64,000 nt of DNA from assembly GCA_963834385.1 (NCBI GenBank), contig CAWIBO010000002.1, forward strand, positions 1,184,001 to 1,248,000, in the 5' to 3' direction. Every line of letters begins with the position of its first letter. Position 1 is the first letter of the stretch. The notes under the pieces are model-generated. The model did not search any database and was not told the origin of the DNA. It saw only the letters and a list, made by a program, of their open reading frames with translations. The position numbers and the translations under genes are program-made. This stretch comes from an uncultured Verrucomicrobiae bacterium. GTDB taxonomy: Bacteria > Verrucomicrobiota > Verrucomicrobiia > Chthoniobacterales > UBA10450. Shown in pieces: positions 39,481 to 50,535 of the stretch.

Positions 39481-40347
39481 TCAGGCCGGCACGATCACCC
39501 GCAGGGTCCGGTCTTCCATCTGGAAAGTGACCGGGCATTCGCCGACCAGTTCGCCGTCGATCTCGACCGGGACGGCGGTGTCGGCGCTGACCCGCAACGC
39601 GCGCGTCTGGAAGTATTCGACCTCGGGCGCGCGGATTTCCGAGCTGAAGAAGACGTTCTGGAGGTAGCGGATGATCTCGAGATAACCGAGCTGCTTGAAG
39701 AGGACGACGTCGAGCAGGCCATCATCGAGGCGGGCCAGCTTGAAGAACGGGAAAGGACCGCCGTAGAGGCGGCCGTTGCCCACGAGGACAAAGGAGGCCT
39801 CCGTGGCCGCGGTGTCGGCGCATTCAATGTGCAGCCGGGGCGGTTTGCGCGCGGCGATCTGGGCCGCGGAAATGATGTAACTGAGCGGACCGAAACTTTT
39901 CTTGAAGGCAAAGGTCGTCTCCTTGACCGCCTGGGCGTCGAGACCGACGCCGGCGAGCTGGACGAAATGCTTGCCGTTGGCGCTGGCGACATCGACCACG
40001 CGGGTGTGCCGGCGGCGGATGACATCCCAGCAGGCCCCGAGGTTATGACAGGGCAGGCCGAGCTCGGAGGCGAAGACGTTGACCGTGCCCAACGGGAGCA
40101 GGCCGAGGGTGGCGCTGCTGCCGGCGAGCCCGTTCACGACCTCGTTGATGGTGCCGTCGCCCCCCGCGGCCACGATGGTGCGGTAACGGCCATCGGCGGC
40201 GCCGGCCCGCGCCATGCGCTCCGCTTCCCCGGGCGAAGTGGTCAGGAGCATGTCGCAATTTTCCGCCATTTCCGTCACGCGGGCGAGCTGGGCGCGGGCC
40301 CGGTCGCTGCGCGCGGCCGGGTTAAGAATGACAAGCGTATCGGTCAA
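39481..40347 (-). CDS. Diacylglycerol kinase family lipid kinase
   Basis: ILNPAA, GGDGTINEVVNG, PLGTVNVFA, GVGLDA, DDGLLD, IDGE. Confidence 0.9.
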   Translation of the reverse strand: MTDTLVILNPAARSDRARAQLARVTEMAENCDMLLTTSPGEAERMARAGAADGRYRTIVAAGGDGTINEVVNGLAGSSATLGLLPLGTVNVFASELGLPCHNLGACWDVIRRRHTRVVDVASANGKHFVQLAGVGLDAQAVKETTFAFKKSFGPLSYIISAAQIAARKPPRLHIECADTAATEASFVLVGNGRLYGGPFPFFKLARLDDGLLDVVLFKQLGYLEIIRYLQNVFFSSEIRAPEVEYFQTRALRVSADTAVPVEIDGELVGECPVTFQMEDRTLRVIVPA

Positions 40348-40414
40348 AATGGCAGGGGCGGGGCTTTGGTCTTTTCTTCAAGGGGGCGCCACGTAGCTTT
40401 CCCCGGTGCGACAC

Positions 40415-41922
40415 GTGACAAAATCGATCTGGCTGGTGCTGGCTGCCGTGGCCGGGGTGCTCGTGGCCGGGTTGCTGGCCTTGAATCTGTATGTGCAGTC
40501 GGAGGGAACACAAACCCGAATTCAGCAGGAACTCAGCCAGCGGCTTGGGACCGAGCTGCGCATCCAGCGAATCAGCATCACCCCGTGGTATGGCCTGAAG
40601 TTGAGCGGGATCTCCATGCCCCGAAGCGATCAGCCCGGGGCCGACAATTTCCTGACCGCGCGCACCTTTCGTCTTCGGGTGGAGACCGCCTCGCTTTTTC
40701 GCCGGCGGCTGGTGATCAAGGAAGTGTCGCTGATCCGGCCGGAAGTGGTCTGGCTGCAGAATCGCGATGGGAACTGGCGCCTGCCGCAGCAGCGCGTGGC
40801 CCCGGCGGCGACCGCGACCGGGTCGGCACCGGAGTTGGAGGGCGAAACAGTGCCGCCCCCGCCCGATGCGACGGCCGATGAGCCAGCCGGGCCACCGCAG
40901 CTGACGCCAACCGTCTCCGGCGGCTACGTCCCGGAAATCCGGCGGGTGCAGGTAAAGGAAGGGGCCTTCCAGTTCCTGAATCGCGAGGGGGAAGTGGTGG
41001 CCAAGTTTCTGGGCGTGAACTTTCGCTCCAATTTCCGCAGCGACCTGAGCCTGCGCGGCACGGTCAAGATCGCGAACGTCTCGATCCGCGACCGTGTTTT
41101 TCTGCAGGAGCTGGTTTCGCCGTTGCGATACGAGCCCGCTTCACTCGAGATCACGGAGGTCCGGGCGAAAGTGGCCGGGGGCGATCTGGGAGGGGCGTTC
41201 AAGATGCAGCCGCGCGCAGGAAGATTCGCCTTTCGAGGCTTCGCTGAAGTTCAGCGAGGTCGATGCCGACAAGTTGATCACGCAGGCGGGAGGTCCGGCG
41301 GGCGTGGTGCAGGGGCGGCTGGAGGGTTATCTGAACGCGCAGGGCCGGACGGCCGACCCGGACGCGCTGGCGGGGCAGGGCGAGATTTATCTGCGCGACG
41401 GACAGGTGCAGCGTTACAGCCTCCTGGTGGCGCTGGGGCAGATCCTGCAGATCGAGGAGCTGGCGCAGCTGAAGTTCGACGAGGCGCACATCAAATACCG
41501 GATCGAGCCCGGCGTTGTCCTGGTGGACGAACTCCTTTTCCGCTCGCCCAACATCCGTTTGAGCGCGCAGGGCACGGTCAATTTCCGCGGCAAGATGCGG
41601 CTCGAGGCGCAGCTGGCCGTGAGCGACCAGGTGGGCGGAACCCTTTTCGGCGCCCTCCGCCGCAACTTCGTGCCCACGGCCGAGCCCGGGTTTCGCCGCG
41701 GTCGATTTCAATGTGCGCGGCACCGTGGCCAAGCCGCGGACAAACCTGGTCGACAAGGTGGTGGGGCGCGACCTGAAGGATTTCGGCGGCATCATCAACA
41801 GTTTCCTTGGGCGAGGTGACCGGAAGAAGAAGAAAGAGCGGACGATGGAGCTTGCCCCGGAGCTGAACCTGCCCCCGGTCGAGGCGCCGGCGCTCTCGCC
41901 TTCTCCGCTGCCCACTCCATGA
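40415..41922 (+). CDS. AsmA family protein (frameshifts near 41215 and 41690)
   Basis: N-terminal TM; LVIKEVSLIRPEV..NRDGNW; continuation in ORFs 41094-41819 and 41713-41922. Confidence 0.7.
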
Positions 41923-42476
41923 GAGTAATCGCGGGCAGCGCGGGCGGGCGTCAGCTTCGCGTGCCGCGCCATGGCGTTCGGCCCACGATGGACCGGGTCA
42001 AGGCCGCCATTTTTTCCAGTCTCGGCGACAAGGTCATCGGCGCGCGCGTGCTTGATCTCTTTGCCGGGGCCGGCGGCCTCGGGATCGAGGCGCTCAGCCG
42101 GGGGGCGACCGAGGCCACTTTCGTCGAGAACGACCGGGAAGCCGTGGAAACGATTGAGCGCAACCTTCTCCTGGCCGGGGTGAAGGGACGCGTGCGGCGG
42201 CGGGACGTTTTCGATTTTCTGCGGGGGGAGAACTCGGTTTTCGATGTTATCCTGGCCGACCCGCCCTACGAGCACGCCGAGGGCGATCCGCCGTTCACCG
42301 CGCGGCTGCTGCAGAGCGCGGAGCTGGCGGCGCTGCTGGCCGCCGACGGTATTCTTGTGCTGGAGAAGCGTCCCGGCGAGTCGCTTCCGGAAATGCCGGG
42401 CTGGGAGATGATCAGGCAACGCGCCTACGGCGCGACCGAGGTGCTGATGCTGAGACGCGTGATCGCGGCCCCATGA
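41919..42476 (+). CDS. rsmD: 16S rRNA m2G966 methyltransferase
   Basis: MRVIAG..GGR, RPTMDRVK, LDLFAG.G.LGIEALSRGA, DPPY, YG. Confidence 0.94.
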   Translation: MRVIAGSAGGRQLRVPRHGVRPTMDRVKAAIFSSLGDKVIGARVLDLFAGAGGLGIEALSRGATEATFVENDREAVETIERNLLLAGVKGRVRRRDVFDFLRGENSVFDVILADPPYEHAEGDPPFTARLLQSAELAALLAADGILVLEKRPGESLPEMPGWEMIRQRAYGATEVLMLRRVIAAP

Positions 42477-43798
42477 TTCGGTTCCTCTACAACCTGCTCT
42501 TTCCGGTGGCGCTCCTGCTTTTCCTGCCGGGTTACCTGGTGAAGATGGTGCGCCGGGGAAATTACCGGGACGGGTTCGGGCAACGGCTCGGGTGGTATGG
42601 CGCGGATTTGCGCCGCCGGTTGCAGAACGGAGGTGCGCGCACCTGGCTGCATGCGGTGAGCGTGGGCGAAGTGGGCGTGGCGCTGTCCCTGGCCGACGAG
42701 CAGCGTGGACGCGACCCAGCCTTTGCCTGCGTGCTCACAGTGACGACCACGACCGGTCATGCGGTGGCGCGCCGCCGGGCGCCGGCGTGGATGGAGGTGA
42801 TCTACGCGCCGCTCGATTTCTGGCCGGTCATGCGCCGCGCCTTCGAGGTGATCCAGCCGCGCAGCCTGATCCTGGTCGAGGCCGAGGTCTGGCCAAACAT
42901 GATGGCGGAAGCGCAGCGGCGGGATGTTCCCGTGCTTTTGGCGAACGCCCGCCTGTCGCCCCGCTCGGAGAAACGGTTCCGGCGTTTTCGTCCGCTGGTG
43001 GCGCCTTTGTTTCAGCGTTTGCAGGCGATTGGCGTAACCTCGCCGGAGGATGTCGAGCGCTGGCAGAGCCTGGGTGTTCCGGCGGATCGCATCACCGTCA
43101 CGGGCAACATCAAGTTCGATACGGCGCGGGCGGTAACCGACCCGGAATTGCCGCACGCCGTCCTGGCCGCGCGCGGTTTTGATCCGGCCCGGCCTGTTCT
43201 CCTCGGCGGGAGCACGCATCCGGGGGAAGAGCGCATCCTGGGCGAGACCTGGCAGCGGTTGCGGGCCCGGGTTCCCAATCTTTTTCTGGTGATCGCCCCG
43301 CGCCACGTGGAGCGGGCCGGGCGCGTCGCCCAACGATTGCAGGAACTTTCGCTCCGGGTGGCGCGCCGGAGCGAGGAGACGCCACTCGCGGGCGAGGTCG
43401 ACTGCCTGATTCTCGATGTCACGGGTGAGCTGCGGCATTGGTATGCGCTGGCCACGGTCGCGTTCATCGGCAAAAGCCTGACCGCCCGGGGCGGGCAGAA
43501 TCCTATCGAGCCGATCCTGGCGGGCGTACCGGTGGTGTTTGGGCCGCACATGGAAAACTTCGCCTTTCTCGCCGGCGAACTGGTGAAACGAGGTGCCGCC
43601 GTGCGGGTGGCGGAGGCGGCGGAACTGGCGGGCGTAATGGAAAAGCTGTTTGAGGATGCGGCCGGGCGGGCCCGGATGGTGGCGGCCGCGCACGAAATTC
43701 TGGTTCCTCACCGGGGCGCGACGGAAAAGACCGCTGTTTTACACGAGAAGATGCTCCCTTCCGGGTCTTCGGGAACGCCAACCGGCGTGGTGTCCTGA
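42473..43798 (+). CDS. waaA: 3-deoxy-D-manno-octulosonic acid transferase
   Basis: WLHAVSVGE, EAEVWPN, NARLS, GNIKFD, STHPGEE, APRHVER, GGQNPIEP. Confidence 0.95.
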   Translation: MIRFLYNLLFPVALLLFLPGYLVKMVRRGNYRDGFGQRLGWYGADLRRRLQNGGARTWLHAVSVGEVGVALSLADEQRGRDPAFACVLTVTTTTGHAVARRRAPAWMEVIYAPLDFWPVMRRAFEVIQPRSLILVEAEVWPNMMAEAQRRDVPVLLANARLSPRSEKRFRRFRPLVAPLFQRLQAIGVTSPEDVERWQSLGVPADRITVTGNIKFDTARAVTDPELPHAVLAARGFDPARPVLLGGSTHPGEERILGETWQRLRARVPNLFLVIAPRHVERAGRVAQRLQELSLRVARRSEETPLAGEVDCLILDVTGELRHWYALATVAFIGKSLTARGGQNPIEPILAGVPVVFGPHMENFAFLAGELVKRGAAVRVAEAAELAGVMEKLFEDAAGRARMVAAAHEILVPHRGATEKTAVLHEKMLPSGSSGTPTGVVS

Positions 43799-43843
43799 AA
43801 ATTCTTGCATCAGGGGGGACGGCTTCGATATTGGGCGCCGCAC

Positions 43844-43919
43844 GACCCTATCGTCCAGTGGCCTAGGACACCGCCCTTTCACGGCGGTAACACGGGTTCG
43901 AATCCCGTTAGGGTCGCCA
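43844..43919 (+). tRNA. tRNA-Glu (TTC)
   Basis: Acceptor GACCCTA/TAGGGTC, anticodon arm CCGCC-CTTTCAC-GGCGG, GGTTCGAATCC, 3' CCA. Confidence 0.97.
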
Positions 43920-43984
43920 TTTTTTTGCCCTTTTTTTCGTGGCTAGGACAGCGGTTGTCCGACTGGGTGCTGCAGAGTGAGGGC

Positions 43985-44299
43985 GTGACAGAGAATGGCT
44001 TAAAGGAATATCTGCAGAATTACGTCGGGGCCTGCGAGGAAATGGCCGGGCTCCTTGCGGAAGAGGTCTACTGCGAAAGCTCGCTGCTTTACCGGCATCA
44101 TGTGCCGCGTTTGCTGGCCGGCATCGCATGGTTCCGGATCCGGTGCGCCCGGGAGATTTCCGCGCTCGGTCAGTGGCGCGAGGATGGACGGCAGCCGGCG
44201 GAAGTGGCGGAGATGTATGACGAGGAAGCGGCGCGGCTGGCGGACTGGCTGCAACGCATGATCGGGCGTCACCCTGAGCCTGAAGTCGCGAAACGTTAA
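43985..44299 (+). CDS. Hypothetical helical protein
   Basis: Open frame with plausible composition downstream of tRNA; no motif; start uncertain. Confidence 0.5.
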   Translation: MTENGLKEYLQNYVGACEEMAGLLAEEVYCESSLLYRHHVPRLLAGIAWFRIRCAREISALGQWREDGRQPAEVAEMYDEEAARLADWLQRMIGRHPEPEVAKR

Positions 44300-44361
44300 C
44301 GGGTTCGGGCGCGGAGGAAAAACGGGACGTCGGTCAGGCGGCCCGGGAGCGAATGATAGGC

Positions 44362-45351
44362 ATGAGCGCTCGCGTGGTTGTCATAACAGGAGCATCAGCG
44401 GGGGTGGGGCGCGCCGCGGCGCATGCCTTTGCCCGCGAAGGCGCCCGCATCGGGCTGATGGCGCGGAGCCGCGCCGCCCTCGAGGAAGTTCGCCGGGAAG
44501 TGGAAGGGCTGGGAGGCAGGGCCCTGGTGGTGCCGGGCGACGTGGCGGTCTACGACCAGGTGGAAGCGGCCGCGGCGGCGGTCGAACAGAAGTTCGGGCC
44601 GATCGACGTCTGGGTGAACAACGCCATGGCTTCCGTGTTTTCGCCGATCATCGAGATGAAGCCGGCGGAGTATCAGCGGGTGACGGAAGTGACGTATCTC
44701 GGTTACGTCTATGGAACTCTGGCAGCGCTGAAACGGATGCGGCCGCGCGACCGCGGGGTGATTGTGCAGGTGGGCAGCGCGCTCGCCTACCGCGGCATTC
44801 CGCTGCAAAGCGCCTACTGCGCCGCCAAGCACGCCGTGCAGGGGTTTTGCGATTCGCTGCGATGCGAGCTTTTGCACGATCGCAGCCGGATCCGCGTGAC
44901 CATGCTGCAGATGCCGGCCTTGAACACGCCGCAGTTCGGCTGGGTGAAAAGCCGGCTCCCGCGCAAGGCCCAGCCGGTCCCGCCCATCTTTCAGCCCGAA
45001 GTGGCCGCGCGCGCCATCGTGCACGCGTCGAAACATCCGCGGCGCGAATATTGGGTCGGCCTGCCGGCGGCCGCGGCGGTTTTCGCCAACAAATTCATCC
45101 CGGCGCTGCTGGATCATTACCTGGCTCGCACCGCCTATGAGGGACAGCAGTCCAACGGTCGCGAAGATCCCGATCGGCCGCATAATCTCTGGGAGCCGGT
45201 GGAGAACCGGCACGCCACCCACGGCGATTTCGACGAGCGCGCGCACCGGTTCAGTCCGCAGCTCTGGACCAACACGCACCGCAACGGCCTGGCCCTGGCT
45301 GCGCTGGCGCTGGCGGGCGTGGCGCTCGGGTTGGTTGTCCGGCGTCGCTGA
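44362..45351 (+). CDS. Short-chain dehydrogenase/reductase with C-terminal TM
   Basis: TGASAGVG, WVNNA, YCAAK. Confidence 0.92.
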   Translation: MSARVVVITGASAGVGRAAAHAFAREGARIGLMARSRAALEEVRREVEGLGGRALVVPGDVAVYDQVEAAAAAVEQKFGPIDVWVNNAMASVFSPIIEMKPAEYQRVTEVTYLGYVYGTLAALKRMRPRDRGVIVQVGSALAYRGIPLQSAYCAAKHAVQGFCDSLRCELLHDRSRIRVTMLQMPALNTPQFGWVKSRLPRKAQPVPPIFQPEVAARAIVHASKHPRREYWVGLPAAAAVFANKFIPALLDHYLARTAYEGQQSNGREDPDRPHNLWEPVENRHATHGDFDERAHRFSPQLWTNTHRNGLALAALALAGVALGLVVRRR

Positions 45352-45352
45352 A

Positions 45353-47429
45353 TCAAAAGGCGCGGCGAAGCTCGGAGAGAAGTTCTCGCGCGAGGGTGTC
45401 GGCCGGCGCCAGCTCCAGCGCCTGTTCCAGGTGCGGGATGGCTTCGCGGCCGCGGCCCAGTTGCACCAGGACGATGGCCAGGTTCCGATGGGCCGCGGCA
45501 TTCGCCGGGTCATGCCGGAGCGCGGCCCGGTAACTGGAAATGGCTTCCTCGTAAATGGCTGGCGCCTGGCTGTCGCCCCGCTCCTGCAACCGGCCGGCTT
45601 TGGCGCCGAGAGCGTTGGCCAGGTTCACCCGGACGGTGGCTTCAGTTTTCGGATTGAGTGATTGGTCGCGCGCACCGATCTCGAGGGCACGCCGAAACGC
45701 CGCCACGGCTTCGTCGAAGCTTTCCAGGCGGGCGAGGACCAGGCCGAGTTGGTTGTGGTTCAAGGGATGGCTGGGATATAGCTCCGCCGCCTGTTGCAGA
45801 TGGGGCAGCGCGGCGTTGAACTCGCCGCGAGCGAAGAGAATCTCGCCGAGCCGGTTGTGCCCCTGCCAGGTTTGCGGGTTCTTCTGCAGGTTATCGCGCC
45901 AGAAAGTTTCTTCCGTGCGATAAACGGCGGCCCGCGCCGCAGTCTGAAACAGGTAGCCGGCGAGAAGGAGGACGATCGCGGTCGTCCCGAGGAATCGCGT
46001 CTGCCTTGCGCGACCGTCGCGCAGCCGGACCAGGCCCGCCGCGACCAGGGCGACGAGCGCAATATTGGCGAAATACTGGAGATGATCGGCCACCAGCGTT
46101 CCGCTGCGCGCGAAGGACATGGTCACGAATCCGAGAATAGGCAGAAGAATGATGACGAAAGCGCTGACGCCAAAAAAGAGGCCGCGCATCCTGCCTCGCC
46201 ACCACCAGAGCGACGCGACGAGGAGGATGAGGGCGAACAGAGGCAGGAAATCGAGCGCGCGGACGGCGCCAAAGTTCCACGGTGGATAAACCGCCATGAG
46301 CCGGAAGGGCGCGAGGGCGTGGCCGGCATACCACCAGAGGGCGAGGCCAGCGTTGGCGAGGCGGCGCCCGAAACCGCCCATCTCGATGGGTTCGCCGATC
46401 GAGCTGTGTTGAAACCAGACGGTGAGAGCGCCGAGCAGCGCGGCTACGACAAGAAAAGGAACGATGCGAATGAGGTGACGATTCAGGCGGCGCCCGAACA
46501 TGGCCGCGGCGAAACGAGATCGCGGCCGCCGCGAGACAAACCACGGGCAGAAGCAGGAACTGGGGCTTCAGGCTTCCGTTCTGCAGCAGGTTGAGCGCGC
46601 GCAGGGCGGGGTCATCCGGATTGAGACCGAGGAGGCGCAGGCGGGAATGGAAATACCAGGCGGCCCCGGCGGCGGCGGCCAGGGCGAGCGCGCCGAGCGC
46701 GAGATGAAACATGCGCAAACGCGCGACCTCGGCGGAAGAGGCGGCGCCTTCCCGCCAGGAAGAGAACTCGTTTTTCCACCAGGCCGCGAGGAGAAGGAGA
46801 AAAGGCAGGACAACCCCCGCTGTTTTCGCCAGAAGACCGAGCAGGAAAAGAAGCAGGGCGGCGAGGTAAAGCAGGCTGCGGGGGCGCTCCGCATAACGCA
46901 GGTAGGCGATAAAGGCCAGGAGAAGGAAAAGCAGGGAGAGCGTGTTTTTGCCTTCCGAGATCCAGGCGGCGGAGGCGGCATGGACGGGATGGAGTCCGAA
47001 GAGCAGGCCGGCCAGCCATGCACCCCGGAGGCCGAGAAGCGCCAGGAGCCGCCAGACGAGGAGGGCGTTGAGCGCGTGCAGGAGGACGTTGACGATGTGG
47101 AAGGCGGTGGCGTTCTCCCCAAAGAGCTGGAACTGCAGCCAGAACCAGGTGGTGGTGACCGGAAAGTAATCGACGGAGTCCCGGCCGCTCCAGATTTGCA
47201 GGAGAGAAGACCAGGCGCCGTGCTCGCCGCGGACGAGCGGATTGGCGGTGATCAAGGGGAAATCGTCCCAGATAAAAAAACCGCCGTAGACTGGGACATA
47301 GGCGAGCAGGATGGCGGCGAGGAGCAGAAACGCGCGTTGCCACGAGAGGGGGGAGAGAAGCGGTGAGGCAGGGTCCGGCGCGACGGCGGAAGTAGGACTT
47401 CGGGACGGGCGGCGGGCGCGGCGGGGCAT
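45353..47429 (-). CDS. TMTC-like GT-C membrane protein with C-terminal TPRs (frameshift near 46510)
   Basis: FIWDD..NP, YFP, HPVHAASAAWISEGKN, LLAK, ADHLQY, TPR repeats. Confidence 0.8.
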
Positions 47430-47491
47430 GGGGAGAGGCTAGCCGTGCGAAAACGGCTTTCTATTTGTAATTTGTCGGGAAGTTATACGCG

Positions 47492-48247
47492 ATGTTCCAA
47501 AACCAGAGAGTGGTGGTGGTGATGCCGGCTTACAACGCCGCGCGCACCCTGCGGCAGACCTACGACGAGGTGGTGGCTCATGGGCTGGTCGACGAGATCA
47601 TCCTGGTGGACGACGCCAGCCACGACGGGACGGCGTCAATTGCGCGCGAGCTGCCCTCGGTGCGGGTGGAGGTCCATCCGGATAATCGCGGTTACGGGGC
47701 CAACCAGAAAACGTGTTACCGGCTCGCGCTCGAGGCCGGTGCGGACATCGTGGTCATGATTCATCCCGACTACCAGTACACGCCGCTGATCCTGCCCGCG
47801 ATGGTGGCCATGGTCGGGAGCGGACTCTATTCGTGCGTGCTCGGTTCGCGCATTCTGGGCGGCGGCGCCCTGCGCGGCGGGATGCCGTGGTGGAAATATG
47901 CGGCCAACCGCGGCCTGACCCTGGTAGAAAACATTCTCTTTGGGGCCAAGCTCTCGGAGTACCACACCGGTTACCGCGCTTTTTCCCGCGCCCTGCTGGA
48001 GCGGCTGCCGATCGAGCGAAACTCCGATGATTTCGTTTTCGACAACGAGATGCTGGCCCAGATCATCTGGCTGAAGGAGCCGATCGGCGAGGTGAGTTGC
48101 CCGACCAAATATTTTCCCGAGGCCTCCTCCATCGGATTCGCCGCCAGTGTGCGTTATGGGTTCGGCTGCCTGCGCACGGCGTTGGCCTATCGCCGCGCGC
48201 GCTGGGGCGGGGCCGGTTCCCAGACGGCGATTTTTCCGCAGGCATGA
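47492..48247 (+). CDS. GT2 glycosyltransferase, polyprenol-phosphate sugar synthase (DPM1-like)
   Basis: VVMPAYN, LVDDAS.DGT, NRGYG, HPDYQY, LGSR, TGYRAF. Confidence 0.88.
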   Translation: MFQNQRVVVVMPAYNAARTLRQTYDEVVAHGLVDEIILVDDASHDGTASIARELPSVRVEVHPDNRGYGANQKTCYRLALEAGADIVVMIHPDYQYTPLILPAMVAMVGSGLYSCVLGSRILGGGALRGGMPWWKYAANRGLTLVENILFGAKLSEYHTGYRAFSRALLERLPIERNSDDFVFDNEMLAQIIWLKEPIGEVSCPTKYFPEASSIGFAASVRYGFGCLRTALAYRRARWGGAGSQTAIFPQA

Positions 48248-48265
48248 TCCCGCAAAGCGTTCGCC

Positions 48266-50471
48266 ATGGCTAAACCGCGCCGGAAAAAGAAGGCCGAGCC
48301 GCCTCGGCGGCGATGGGCGCGGTGGTTCGTGGCCGCCGCCGGCATTCTTTTGCTCGTCTGGGTGGTTTACGGCCAGACCGCCCGCTTCGGCTTCGTCTCC
48401 TTCGACGACGATCGCTACGTGCATGACGAGCCGATGGTGGCGCGCGGCTTGAGCGGGGAAGGCGTGGCCTGGGCTTTTACCCGGGTGCACGCCGGCAACT
48501 GGCACCCGCTCACCTCCCTGTCGCTCATGCTCGACGTCGAGCTTTTCGGGGTGAACGCCGGCGCGCATCACCTTGTGAACGTGTTCCTGCACGCCCTGAC
48601 TACCCTCCTGCTCCTCGCAGCCTTGCACCGGCTGACCGGCGCCTTCTGGCGCAGCGCGCTCGTGGCCGCTCTCTTTGCGCTGCATCCGGTCAAGGCGGAG
48701 TCCGTTGCCTGGATCTCGGAACGGAAGGATGTGCTGAGCGGGTTGTTCTTTGTCCTCGCGCTTCTGGCCTACGATCATTTTGCCCGGGCACCGCTTCTTC
48801 GACGCTATCTTCTTCTTTTGCTCGCGGCCGCGCTCGGTCTCCTGGCCAAGCCGATGCTGGTGACCCTGCCGCTGATTCTGCTGCTCCTGGACTTCTGGCC
48901 GATGCGCCGGTGGGCGGACCGCGAACCCGGCCCGTATCCCGCGCGCAGCGCGTCGCGGCTTTTTCTCGAGAAGGTGCCGTTATTGGCCCTGGCCGCCGGC
49001 TCGGCCGCGGCTACGTGGTGGGCGCAAGCCCGCGCGCTGGGCGCCGGCGCATCCATTTCTTTTACCGACCGTCTGGCGAACGCGGCTGTCACGCCCGTCA
49101 TCTATTTGAAGCAGACACTTTGGCCGACCGGGTTGGCGGCGTTTTATCCGCATCCGCAGGGCGAGCTTCCGGTCTGGTGGGCGCTCCTGGCGTTGGCGCT
49201 GCTGGCCTGCGTCACCCTGGCCGGCTGGCATTATCGCCGGGTTGCACCTTTTCTGCTTACGGGCTGGGGCTGGTTTCTCGTCATGCTTCTGCCAGTGCTT
49301 GGACTGATCCAGGTGGGGTGGCAGGCGCGGGCGGATCGTTATCTTTATCTTCCGCAAATCGGCCTGACCATTGCGATTGTCTGGCTGGCGGAACTGGGCC
49401 TGCGTCGACTGGCGGCCGGGCGCGCGCTGGGCTGGAGCCTTGGCCTGGTGGCAATCGCGTCATGCACCGTCCTGGCCCAGCGTCAGGTGGCCACCTGGCG
49501 CGACAGCGAGACTCTCTGGCGTCGGGCCCTTGCCGTGACGCAAAACAACGACATGGCCCACCGCGGCCTGGGCATTGCCCTGGCCCACGACGGCAAATTG
49601 GAAGAAGCCCGCGCCGAACTCGAGCGCGCCGTGGCGTTGCGCCCGGGCAATGCAGACACCAGGGTCAACCTCGCCAACGTCTACCGGAAGCAGGGCGAAA
49701 CGGCGCGGGCGGTAGCGCTCTACCGGGAAATTTTACGCGAGGATCCCGGGCATTGGCATGCCCGTCGCAACCTGGCCGGGACCCTGGCCGAGGCGGGCAG
49801 GATTCCGGAGGCGACCGAGGAATACCTTCGGTTACAGCGGGAACATCCGGAGGATCCTGACTTGGCCGCGTCGCTGGGCGCCCTTTACCTGCAAACGGGG
49901 AACACGGCCGAAGCGGCCCGCTTTTTCCGCGCGGCGCTCGCCCTTCGTCCCGGACAGGCTGAAGCCTTGAACAATCTCGGCATCGCGCTGTTTCGAGAGG
50001 GCCGGGTGGGCGAGGCGGTGGAGAGCTGGCGAGAGGCCGCGGGGTTGCAGCCCGGGAACAGCGACCTGCAAAACAATCTGGGCGTGGCCCTGGCGACACT
50101 CGGACGGGAAGAGGAAGCGATCACGCACTGGTCGCGCGCCCTTGCGCTCGCTCCCCGCGCCTCCACGCAGCTGACCCTCGCCTGGGTTCTCGCGACCAGC
50201 GCCCGCGCCGACCTTCGCGACGGCGCGAGAGCGGTTGAGTTGGCGCAGGCGGCTCTCCGCGGGATGGGAGAGCAAAACGCGATGGCGCTCCGGACACTGG
50301 CGGCCGCCCGCGCCGAGACAGGCGATTTCGACGGAGCGCTGGCGGCCGCCCGGGAGGCCCGTGCGCTGGCGGAGGCGCAGGGCGAGGAGCGCCCTTTCCC
50401 AAGCCCTGGCGGGCGAACTCTCCCAGTACGAGCTCCGGCTGCCGCTGCGCGGAAGCGGGCCTTCCTTCTAG
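48266..50471 (+). CDS. TMTC-like GT-C membrane protein with C-terminal TPRs (late frameshift near 50397)
   Basis: FVSFDDDRYV, NWHPLT, HPVKAESVAWISERKDVL, LAKPMLVTLP, EKVP, ADRYLYLP, many TPRs. Confidence 0.85.
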
Positions 50472-50535
50472 AAGCGCACCGGCGTTCGCGTTTTTAATTT
50501 GTTATTCGGCGTCACCTTTTCGAAGCTGCCTCCGG

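Noticed and set aside
43805..43984. 5' extension of ORF 43805-44299
   Set aside because: Runs through tRNA-Glu; a downstream start is more plausible
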